Source: Nostoc sp. DedSLP01
GTDB lineage: Bacteria > Cyanobacteriota > Cyanobacteriia > Cyanobacteriales > Nostocaceae
Assembly (NCBI GenBank): GCA_034530875.2
Contig: JAVRCJ020000009.1
Location: 96,001-160,000, forward strand
Direction: 5' to 3'
Length of the DNA: 64,000 nt
The translations under genes were made by a program, and so were the position numbers. Shown in pieces: positions 10,556 to 18,863 of this stretch; the stretch's first letter is position 1; every line of letters starts with the position of its first letter. The notes under the pieces were generated by a model, which saw nothing but the letters and a program-made list of their open reading frames with translations, was not told where the DNA came from and did not search any database.

Positions 10556-11947
10556 ATGAGTACAACTTACAACTTCCCTCATGGCCCTCAAATATCGCGC
10601 TGGCTGCGAATGTTCAAGTTTATTACTCAGCCTGTAAAATATGTCGATGATTTTGCCAAAATCTATGGCGATACTTTCTCAATCAAGAGTAATCGCTCTA
10701 ATAATGCAATTGTTTACTTTAGTAAACCAGAAGCACTGGAGCAGATTTTTACAGCTGATTTGAGTTCTTTTGAGGTAGGCAGGGGGAATAGCGAGCTAAT
10801 ATTTTTACTTGGCGATCGCTCTTTTATATTAAGCGATGGCGAGCCTCACCAACGGCAACGGCAATTATTAGCTCCTCCTTTTCATGGTGAAAGAATGCGG
10901 GCTTACGGCGAGGATATCCGTCAAATAACGCGACAGGTGACTCAAAAATGGCAAATGGGCAAGCCTTTTAAGATTCGTGAGTCAATGCAAGAAATTACTT
11001 TGCGTGTTATTTTGCGGGTTGTGTTTGGTTTGGAAGAAGGAGAGAGGTTTGAGGAATTAAGGCGATCGCTAAGTAATTTACTAGAATTCATCAGTTCCCC
11101 TTTAATGTCCAGCACCTTCTTCTTCAGGTTCATGCAAAAAGATTTCGGTACTTGGAGTCCCTGGGGTTGGATTCTCCAAGAAAAAGAAAAAATCGACCGA
11201 TTTATTTATACTCTGCTTCGGGAACGTCGCGCCGAATCTCATCAAAATCGCCAAGATATCCTCAGTTTGATGATGGCTGCTCGTTATGACGATGGTCAAG
11301 GGATGTCAGATCGAGAATTACACGACCAGTTAATGACACTCTTAGTTGCAGGACATGAAACTACTGCTTCGGCGTTGATATGGGCTTTTTACTGGATTGA
11401 TTATTTACCAGAGGTGCGTGAAAAGTTATTACGGGAACTCGAAACTGTTGATGGTAACTCAGATTTGAGTACCATTGCTAAATTGCCCTATTTAACAGCA
11501 GTTTGCCAAGAAACATTGCGAATTTATCCAATTGCGATGAATGCTTTCTTGCGGATTACAAAAAACCCAATTGAAATTACGGGCTACAAATTGCCACCGG
11601 GTACGCTAATTATTCCCAGTATTTATTTAGCCCATCACCGCGAAGAAGTTTATCCACAATCCAAACAATTCAAACCAGAAAGATTTTTAGAAAGACAGTA
11701 TTCACCTTATGAATATTTACCATTTGGTGGCGGTAATCGTCGCTGTATCGGTATGGCATTTGCCCAGTATGAAATGAAAATTGTCTTAGCAACTGTTTTG
11801 GCAGAATTTCAACTATCGCTAGTCAACAAACGTCCCGTGCATCCAGTACGCCGTGGTTTAACTGTCGCTGCACCTGCGGGAATGAAGATGATTGCAAAGC
11901 CGCAAGTTAAGCGTGCGAATACAATTGCCGCCTCTAATTTAGATTGA
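10556..11947 (+). CDS. Cytochrome P450 (CYP110-like)
   Basis: AGHETTA, ETLR, PERF and heme motif FGGGNRRCIG. Confidence 0.95.
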   Translation: MSTTYNFPHGPQISRWLRMFKFITQPVKYVDDFAKIYGDTFSIKSNRSNNAIVYFSKPEALEQIFTADLSSFEVGRGNSELIFLLGDRSFILSDGEPHQRQRQLLAPPFHGERMRAYGEDIRQITRQVTQKWQMGKPFKIRESMQEITLRVILRVVFGLEEGERFEELRRSLSNLLEFISSPLMSSTFFFRFMQKDFGTWSPWGWILQEKEKIDRFIYTLLRERRAESHQNRQDILSLMMAARYDDGQGMSDRELHDQLMTLLVAGHETTASALIWAFYWIDYLPEVREKLLRELETVDGNSDLSTIAKLPYLTAVCQETLRIYPIAMNAFLRITKNPIEITGYKLPPGTLIIPSIYLAHHREEVYPQSKQFKPERFLERQYSPYEYLPFGGGNRRCIGMAFAQYEMKIVLATVLAEFQLSLVNKRPVHPVRRGLTVAAPAGMKMIAKPQVKRANTIAASNLD

Positions 11948-11956
11948 TATAGTTAA

Positions 11957-12772
11957 GTGAAACTATGCTCAAAGCAATCGCTTTTTTTATCTAATAACAT
12001 GGGCAGATTAAATAATAGTTGGGATAACTATTGTGTACGCTACTTAGCAGCGTTGGGAACTGATTTGGCTGATGAAACTCTGAAAAATTTATGGTCTGAA
12101 ACTAGACAGCATTTTTTAAGTGCATCTGAAGAAGATATCAATTGGTTTATACAAGCACTTGAAGATGAACAACGTAAATTGTTTGTTGTATTCATGGCGA
12201 ACAAAGTAACTAAATCTGCTCCAAAACATCTTAAAGAGGTGCTATTTTATCCTCTAATTCGTGCTGCTATCTATGAAAGAAATCCCAGTTTGAATCGTTC
12301 ATTTGTAGAGCCATGTGTTATTGCTTTCGGTCATCGTCTTGTCAATGAAGCTTTGCTAGAGTTTGTTGAGCATGGGTCAAATTTCGAGAAAGCAGGGGCA
12401 ATAAACGCATTGTATTGGGCACAGGTTCCCTTACGCTTTGATGGAAAAGTGCCCAGCTTTAGCAAAGAGTACGCAACACCAGAGTCGCAGGCAGCTTATG
12501 ATGCTTTAGCTGATATTCACCTACGCAAACGCTGCCTGTTTCTAACAGAGTTCGTTAAAAATTATAGTGTCGAAGTTTCTCGCAGTATTATTCCTAGTCT
12601 TATACTAGATCCATTACTTTATCCCGATGAACTTAAACATCTTATACCAAAAGCTATTGCGATCGCTAAAACTCATACTGATAGTTATATTAGTCATCGT
12701 ATCGAGGTGCAGTTAGGAACAGAAAGTCTACTCCAGCCATTACCCCTGCGAGATTCCAACCATCAAACCTGA
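11957..12772 (+). CDS. Hypothetical alpha-helical protein
   Basis: 271-aa ORF 9 bp after the P450; no recognised family. Start could be the ATG at 11999. Confidence 0.7.
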   Translation: MKLCSKQSLFLSNNMGRLNNSWDNYCVRYLAALGTDLADETLKNLWSETRQHFLSASEEDINWFIQALEDEQRKLFVVFMANKVTKSAPKHLKEVLFYPLIRAAIYERNPSLNRSFVEPCVIAFGHRLVNEALLEFVEHGSNFEKAGAINALYWAQVPLRFDGKVPSFSKEYATPESQAAYDALADIHLRKRCLFLTEFVKNYSVEVSRSIIPSLILDPLLYPDELKHLIPKAIAIAKTHTDSYISHRIEVQLGTESLLQPLPLRDSNHQT

Positions 12773-12786
12773 AAACTTAACTGAAG

Positions 12787-13383
12787 TTACTCTGAAGGAG
12801 ATTGAATTTCTTGCATAGAAGCAAGTTTTTCATAATGTTCTTTGTTGCGATATTTAATTGTTCTCATAGGTTGATTTCCCACAATTGCTAAAGGTTCAAT
12901 ATTAGCAGTTACAACCGTACCAGCCGCCACAATTGCACCATCTCCAATGGAAACTCCGGGAATAATTAGGACATTTCCACCAATCCAAACATTGCGACCG
13001 ATAACAACAGGTTTATGAATGTAAACGTTATGTTCGTAAGGCAGATCGTTACTTTGGTAGTCGTGATTTGCAGAGAGAATCACAACATTAAATCCGAGTG
13101 TTGTGTTATCGCCAATTGTGATGCCGCCACGTCCATCTAATATGACATCTTGTCCAATGTAGACTTTATTTCCTAGAGATACATTTTGCGGGTGTTCAAT
13201 TTTCAAGTCTCGCTTGAACCGTAAACCTGAACCACAAAATTTTAACTGACTCTTCAGTTGTTGGTGCTTATATCGCCTAATTTTAGTTTCTACGTATTCT
13301 TGCCACTTTACGACGCGAGCTACTAACCGTTGTTCAAATACTTGCTCTAATTTATTTTTAATTTTATCTTTGATTTGTTTCAT
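12787..13383 (-). CDS. Hexapeptide-repeat (LbH) O-acetyltransferase
   Basis: GITIGDNTTLG, PVVIGRNVWIGGNVLIIPGVSIGDGAIVAAGTVV. Confidence 0.9.
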   Translation of the reverse strand: MKQIKDKIKNKLEQVFEQRLVARVVKWQEYVETKIRRYKHQQLKSQLKFCGSGLRFKRDLKIEHPQNVSLGNKVYIGQDVILDGRGGITIGDNTTLGFNVVILSANHDYQSNDLPYEHNVYIHKPVVIGRNVWIGGNVLIIPGVSIGDGAIVAAGTVVTANIEPLAIVGNQPMRTIKYRNKEHYEKLASMQEIQSPSE

Positions 13384-13714
13384 AAAACCTCATGGAAGTT
13401 TAGCAAAGCTTTAGTTTTAATCCAGGAAAGGAAAATGACGCGGATAATTTAGTAGACTTACATTTATTAGGTTTCCCTAATGGGATGGCAAAATCAAATC
13501 AAATTATGTGAAGAAAAACAAACAAGATTAAAACTTTTATTCAATTCTATGCGATCGCTACGTCATTTCTCATGTCTACAAGATGCTAGGCGATCGCAAT
13601 GACACTTATTCTCTTTGATCGGGCAGTGATGTATAAAGTTAATAGAAAGTTTCTGCAAATGTGTAGAAATATCCCTTTCACCAAGCAGTGATGTATTAAT
13701 CTAATCGAAATAGT

Positions 13715-13957
13715 ATGAAAAGTATAGAAACAATTGCCACAGTTACCAAAGATGGTAAGATTACAGCGCAGTTACCATTGGATATTCCAGAAGGTGAGCA
13801 TCAGGTGGTAATAGTAATTGATGAAAAGCCTTTGACACATAAAGCAGAGAGCAAACAAAAACGTCCTCCTCTAAACTTTCCCGTGCATGATTGTGGACTT
13901 TGGCCTAAAAATCTTTCTTTAAGACGTGAGGATATGTATGGTGATTGGGGACGGTAA
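13715..13957 (+). CDS. Putative antitoxin of a VapC pair
   Basis: 80 aa ending LRREDMYGDWGR; overlaps the downstream PIN gene. Confidence 0.75.
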   Translation: MKSIETIATVTKDGKITAQLPLDIPEGEHQVVIVIDEKPLTHKAESKQKRPPLNFPVHDCGLWPKNLSLRREDMYGDWGR

Positions 13958-14390
13958 TCCTGTTTTCCTAGACACAAATATCCTAGTGTACGCTAGTCAG
14001 ATTCAGTCCCCATTTCACCAAGCTGCTATCGAGGCTATCCAAGGTTTTTATGATGTGGGGGTTGATTTGTGGATTAGCCGACAAGTATTGCGGGAATATT
14101 TGGCTACTCTTACGCGTCCGCAACAATTTACCAACCCACTACCCATTGCAATAATAATTCAGGATCTCCGCTATTTCTATAACCGCTTTCGGGTGGCTGA
14201 AGATAGTTCTCAGGTGACAGAAAGGTTACTAACACTTATGGAGGAAATTCCTAGCGGTGGTAGGCAAGTTCATGATGCAAATATTGTCGCTACCATGCTA
14301 GTTTATGGCATTCCTCAATTACTTACTCACAACACAGGTGATTTTGCAAGATTTTCGGGATTAATTACTGTGTTGCCATTACAAAATTAA
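13938..14390 (+). CDS. PIN-domain (VapC) toxin
   Basis: VFLDTNILVY, QVLRE, VHDANIVATM, LLTHNTGDF. The ATG at 13938 is the likely start. Confidence 0.9.
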   Translation: MVIGDGNPVFLDTNILVYASQIQSPFHQAAIEAIQGFYDVGVDLWISRQVLREYLATLTRPQQFTNPLPIAIIIQDLRYFYNRFRVAEDSSQVTERLLTLMEEIPSGGRQVHDANIVATMLVYGIPQLLTHNTGDFARFSGLITVLPLQN

Positions 14391-14415
14391 GCTGCTTGGT
14401 ATTTTGCAATCCCAC

Positions 14416-15111
14416 TTACCAACCCCAAACACTCCTGCGTTCCCAATATTCGACAACTCTTTTTTCCCACTGTTGCCAGTAATCTTGAATTGCTGCTGGT
14501 TCAAACCAAAAAACCTCAGCTGGCATCTCTGGAATTGCAACTACCAACAAAGCATGATTTAGCTGAATGCCATAATCTCGATAATAGTTGTTAATTGCTC
14601 CAATGTAAGCTGTAAGTTGTAGTGGATGTTCGTATAAATGCGCGATTGAACCTTTAGGTTTATCTGCTGTTTTCCACTCGCAAATACAGGGAATGCCTTG
14701 ATAACTGGCAATACAATCGACTTTGCCAGAATAGCTCAAATCGTAATGAAAAACCGAGCCTTCTACGAGTCTCACTGTGTCGATTTCTTCTAAAACTGGC
14801 TTAATACTTTCCCAGTAAGGGCGACTGCCTTCAGGACAAACAGGATTTTGCCCAAGGAGGTAGCGCTCAATTTGTTTGTGTGTTTGGGTTCCCCGACGAC
14901 TGGCGTTTGTAGATATGCGGGTGGCTTCTTCTGTTCCTACACGCGCTTTCCAATTTAATAATCTGTCTCTATCTTCTTGGGGTTTGGTGACATTAAGTAT
15001 TGTAGTGACGCTAGAAAAGCGGTTTCCCTTGGCATCTATATAATATTGTTTGCCATTTTCCCTCAGGGATTTACTATTAATTCGAGGTAGCAGTTGGGTA
15101 TTAAATTGCAT
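14416..15111 (-). CDS. PD-(D/E)XK exonuclease, MGME1/Ddk1-like
   Basis: SVTTIL...NWKARVG...RGTQTH...VEGSVF...GKVDCIA...EWKT...QLTAY. Sequence upstream of 15111 is a repeat, so the ORF-track extension is probably spurious. Confidence 0.8.
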   Translation of the reverse strand: MQFNTQLLPRINSKSLRENGKQYYIDAKGNRFSSVTTILNVTKPQEDRDRLLNWKARVGTEEATRISTNASRRGTQTHKQIERYLLGQNPVCPEGSRPYWESIKPVLEEIDTVRLVEGSVFHYDLSYSGKVDCIASYQGIPCICEWKTADKPKGSIAHLYEHPLQLTAYIGAINNYYRDYGIQLNHALLVVAIPEMPAEVFWFEPAAIQDYWQQWEKRVVEYWERRSVWGW

Positions 15112-15139
15112 TTGTAATTCGTAACTAATTGCGTTGTCA

Positions 15140-15221
15140 CCCCCCTTAGTCCCCCTTGTAAAGAGGGGAAACAAGAAAAATCTGGTTCCCTCCATTTACA
15201 AGGAGAGGGTTAGGGAGGGGT
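15140..15221. repeat. Small dispersed palindromic repeat (CCCCCTT...AGGGG family)
   Basis: CCCCCTTAGTCCCCCTTGTAAAGAGGGG...GGGTTAGGGAGGGG; related core at 28187-28231. Confidence 0.6.
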
Positions 15222-15309
15222 AAAAAATATTTGATACATCAATTATGACTTGTCAAAGATCCTTTTAGAAATTGCAGTTCACCTTGCACGCAAGCAAAAC
15301 TTTGGGTAA

Positions 15310-15537
15310 TCACTTTTGTTCTAGTTGTGCTAATGCTTCATCTATATTCAGAGGTATTTCATATTTTACTGCCTTCATCGCTAAGATAATTCCTTCATTT
15401 TCAATAATTTCTAGCAAGTGTAGATAGTCATCAAAATCTATGACTACTTTGCGGATATTACCTTCCATATCAGTAATCATTTCTTGAGCAAAAGGGTATT
15501 TATAAGTTTGCATTTGGGTTGTGATTTTAGTAGTCAT
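15310..15537 (-). CDS. Small hypothetical protein, antitoxin-like, no adjacent toxin
   Basis: ITDMEGNIRKVVIDFDDYLHLLE...DEALAQLE resembles small antitoxin-type proteins. Confidence 0.55.
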   Translation of the reverse strand: MTTKITTQMQTYKYPFAQEMITDMEGNIRKVVIDFDDYLHLLEIIENEGIILAMKAVKYEIPLNIDEALAQLEQK

Positions 15538-15701
15538 ACTATGACTTTAGCGTTAATAGATATAGTATGGCTTTAGCAAATCTATAGGAATCTAATTTAA
15601 TTAATTAAAAAATCTACGTCCAGACTTGACAGCAAGCCAAACAATGTAGCAAGATGCATTTAAGTCCCTTTCGTCCCACATATCGAAGTGGGTAGGAGGC
15701 A

Positions 15702-17447
15702 ATGCATGATTGGCAGTATTTCTTTAACCACGATCGCAGCAATCTAAATCAAGGCACTTACCGCATCTTTGAACCAGAGTGGAAAGCAGAGATTCTCCAC
15801 TGGTTCAGCAAAGAAGATGTAGCTAGAGAGCAAAAAGAAGATTTTATCCAAGCATTAATAGATTTTGATGACGGATGCGGCGATTTTTATCGTTATCGCG
15901 CCTATTTTCTAGCGGCTGAGGCTTTGGCTAAGTTCCCAGAATGCAGTCACGGTGATGCAATTGTAGAACGACTTCTCAAATGGAGTTACGCGTATTTTCG
16001 CCAGGATAAGCGAGATTGGCAGATAGTACCAAAACCATTGGTGAAGACTGCTAGAAAAACGCTGGAATTAACTGATAGAAAACGGGTTATTGCGGCTTTT
16101 GTTCATTTGGTTCATACGACTGAAAGTCGCACAGTTCTTAGACTTGCAGCCGAGAAATTAGGAAAACTCGATCCCGGTAATAAAAGTGCGATCGCAGCTT
16201 TGTTACTGTTAATGCAGCAAGCTAAATTTGTCCCTTGGGGTGAAATTAGTAGCTTGGGAAAAATTGGCTACAACAATGAAACTGTAATCAGTGCTTTAAT
16301 CAAATTTATCAAAATGAAGCCTGATGAAATTATAAATTACTGGTTGACTAAGCCTGATGAGATTACAAATTACTGGTTGACTTTAGAAGACATATATCAG
16401 AGTGCGATTACAGCTTTAGGAAACATAGCTTATGGGAATGAAATTGCGATCGCTAGCCTAATTGATTTCATCCAAAGATACAAAGATGACGTGATTTCTT
16501 TACACGCAGCTAAGGCATTGTGGGACATCGATCCAGGTAATGCAATAGCGTTAAGTACTTTAGTCCAGATTCTCGAAACTACCAAGACTCCATCTTTGAT
16601 CGATATGTCTGTCGCATATCTAATGGCAATTGACCCAGGTAACAAAGCTGCAATTACCATTTTAGCTGAGAGAATTAAAACTACTGAAAATGAATTTTTT
16701 CGTTGTAGGGCTGCTTTACGTCTAAGAGAATTAGATTTAGGTAATAGGGTAGCAATTACCACCCCACCTTTGACATTGCTAACACCAGTTGTTGAAAATA
16801 AACAAATATTCTGTCAGACAAGTCAAAATTTTGAGGAAATACCAGTTGGTGATGAAACTGCGATCGCTTCATTAATTCAAATTATAGAGACAACACTCTT
16901 CAAGGAAATTTGTTTTTTTGCAATAATAGATTTGGGAAAAATTGCTGTAGGCAATCCAACTGCGATCGCCTCTTTGATAAAATTTTTGCAGATTAACCAG
17001 GGTGATACAATCTGCTTTAATGCAGCTCAGGCTTTATGGCAAATCGATCCAGGTAATTCAGTTGCACTCAAGAGTCTAGCCTATATCCTCGAAACTTCTG
17101 CAAGTGCATCTTTTATAAATCGTGTTGTAACATATTTACTGAAAATCGATCCAGAAAGTAAAACTGGAATCGCTATAGGTAATAAAGTGGCTATCACAAC
17201 ATTATCCCAGATACTTGAAACTACTCAGTATCAAGCTTATGAGGATGAATATCTTTTAGATATTGCAGAAACCTTAACAAACATCCTCCAAAGCGAACAT
17301 TTACTCGAAGTTGTCATAGCCTTAAAAGACTATCTGAGCGAACCATATTATAAAAACAGTTCATATCGCTACGATGCTGTATTTAACATTATCTGGCATT
17401 GTGCCGAGAATATGACTTACCCAAACTTCTACAAAGCAATGAACTAA
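15702..17447 (+). CDS. HEAT-repeat (PBS-lyase-like) protein resembling the C-terminal part of NACHT-HEAT proteins
   Basis: Repeated L(G/W)xIDPGNxxAIxxL units; RBS GGAGG upstream; no P-loop. Confidence 0.8.
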   Translation: MHDWQYFFNHDRSNLNQGTYRIFEPEWKAEILHWFSKEDVAREQKEDFIQALIDFDDGCGDFYRYRAYFLAAEALAKFPECSHGDAIVERLLKWSYAYFRQDKRDWQIVPKPLVKTARKTLELTDRKRVIAAFVHLVHTTESRTVLRLAAEKLGKLDPGNKSAIAALLLLMQQAKFVPWGEISSLGKIGYNNETVISALIKFIKMKPDEIINYWLTKPDEITNYWLTLEDIYQSAITALGNIAYGNEIAIASLIDFIQRYKDDVISLHAAKALWDIDPGNAIALSTLVQILETTKTPSLIDMSVAYLMAIDPGNKAAITILAERIKTTENEFFRCRAALRLRELDLGNRVAITTPPLTLLTPVVENKQIFCQTSQNFEEIPVGDETAIASLIQIIETTLFKEICFFAIIDLGKIAVGNPTAIASLIKFLQINQGDTICFNAAQALWQIDPGNSVALKSLAYILETSASASFINRVVTYLLKIDPESKTGIAIGNKVAITTLSQILETTQYQAYEDEYLLDIAETLTNILQSEHLLEVVIALKDYLSEPYYKNSSYRYDAVFNIIWHCAENMTYPNFYKAMN

Positions 17448-17614
17448 ACAATAAGCGCAGAGTTATTCCTCTTCCTCCGCGAACCTCTGCGCTTTCCTTA
17501 GCGTTCCTTTGCGTTAAAAAACAATCTCCTCTCCGCTGTTCCAACGATTCCAACACAGCGATCGCTCCACCTCAATTGTAGAATGATGAGCGATCGCCAA
17601 TTGCAAAATAAGTA

Positions 17615-18004
17615 TTATTCAAGTAAATCAAATCCCTGTTCGCTTCTTAACTTTCTGTCAAAAGTTACTGTTGAACTACAACCATTATGTTGAGCGATTG
17701 CGCCAATTAAATAGTCGGAGAAATCTGCCTTCCCCTGCTTAAATCGCTGTAATGCTTGATAAACTAAAGAGCGATTTTCTAACTCAAACACTGAACATTG
17801 CAACATTAACTCTATAGTGTTGCTAATTTCTTCCTTACTAAATTCATAAGGCTTTCCCTGTAAAACCCAAACCAACTCACAAATAACTATATTCGCTACA
17901 AAACGTTGCTCTCCCGCTTCGATGATTTCAGCAGCCTGTTTCCACTGATTTTCATCATCTTTTGTGAGGTATCGCACTAAAATATTTGTATCAACTCCAA
18001 TCAC
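17615..18004 (-). CDS. PIN-domain (VapC) toxin
   Basis: MIGVDTNILVRY, CELVWVL, ADFSDYLI, TVTFDRK. Confidence 0.92.
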   Translation of the reverse strand: MIGVDTNILVRYLTKDDENQWKQAAEIIEAGEQRFVANIVICELVWVLQGKPYEFSKEEISNTIELMLQCSVFELENRSLVYQALQRFKQGKADFSDYLIGAIAQHNGCSSTVTFDRKLRSEQGFDLLE

Positions 18005-18236
18005 TTGCGCCTTCTTGGATTGCTGCTTCCATTTCTTCTAAAGTTGCACTTTTCATCGCCGGACGATGTAAAATGCCGGACAAGGTTTGAACAGGAACAT
18101 TGAGTGGAATTAGTTTAACTGTCCCATTTTCATCAATGACAAAATCAACCTTACTACCTATATCAAGATTAAGATAATCCCGAATTTCTTTAGGAATAAT
18201 TACTTCTCCTTTAGTGGTGATGGTGACGCTAGCCAT
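17991..18236 (-). CDS. AbrB/MazE/SpoVT-family antitoxin
   Basis: TITTKGEVIIPKEIRDYLNL; overlaps the vapC start. Confidence 0.9.
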   Translation of the reverse strand: MASVTITTKGEVIIPKEIRDYLNLDIGSKVDFVIDENGTVKLIPLNVPVQTLSGILHRPAMKSATLEEMEAAIQEGASDWS

Positions 18237-18400
18237 TACGTTTCCTTACATAAATTATTTACTTAAATATAACGTTTCTTAGCAAATCAACACAGCGATC
18301 GCTAGCCTAATTGATTATAGACGCAAACACTGCATCAGCTTGTTATTAAGTAGAGTCTTCTCTCTGCGTTCCTTTGCGCTTACCTTTGCGTCCCTTTGCG

Positions 18401-18829
18401 TTAAAAAACAATCTCCTCACTCATCCTCTCTTCCAACAATTCCAACAACTCATCCACATCCTTCCCAACTTGCTCAAAACAAATCGCTGGCGCAGGTTCC
18501 GGTGCAAACTGAATTAACTTAATTTCACCCTTGCCAATACCAATCATCACAACTTCTACTTCCGGCTTATGATTCTCAATAATTCCCAAAATCTCTTGCA
18601 GCCGATTTTCAACTTTATTATTTAAATTTTCAATCTGTTCTTGAGGACAATAAACAAAATGCGGCGTAGGTTGCAAATCAATGCCGATAGTACCTTGGCT
18701 ATCACCATTTGCTAACCATAATCCCCAAAAAAGCGCCGCCAATTCTTTTTGATTTGCTTTGACAAATTTATCCAACTGGCGACGCCACTTGTTATCTGCT
18801 GTTTCGGGTTGAGGACTACTAAAAATCAT
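18401..18829 (-). CDS. ccmS: Probable carboxysome assembly chaperone CcmS
   Basis: WRRQLDKFVKANQKELAALFWGLWL...GIDLQPTPHFVYCP...KLIQFAPEP matches my recollection of Nostoc CcmS; not verified by search. Confidence 0.72.
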   Translation of the reverse strand: MIFSSPQPETADNKWRRQLDKFVKANQKELAALFWGLWLANGDSQGTIGIDLQPTPHFVYCPQEQIENLNNKVENRLQEILGIIENHKPEVEVVMIGIGKGEIKLIQFAPEPAPAICFEQVGKDVDELLELLEERMSEEIVF

Positions 18830-18863
18830 AAATAATTCGTAATTAAGAAAGAAGGGGTGATAT

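Noticed and set aside
14416..15111. Cas4 / CRISPR locus
   Set aside because: No Cas4-type Cys cluster, no other cas genes, and no repeat-spacer array anywhere in the window.
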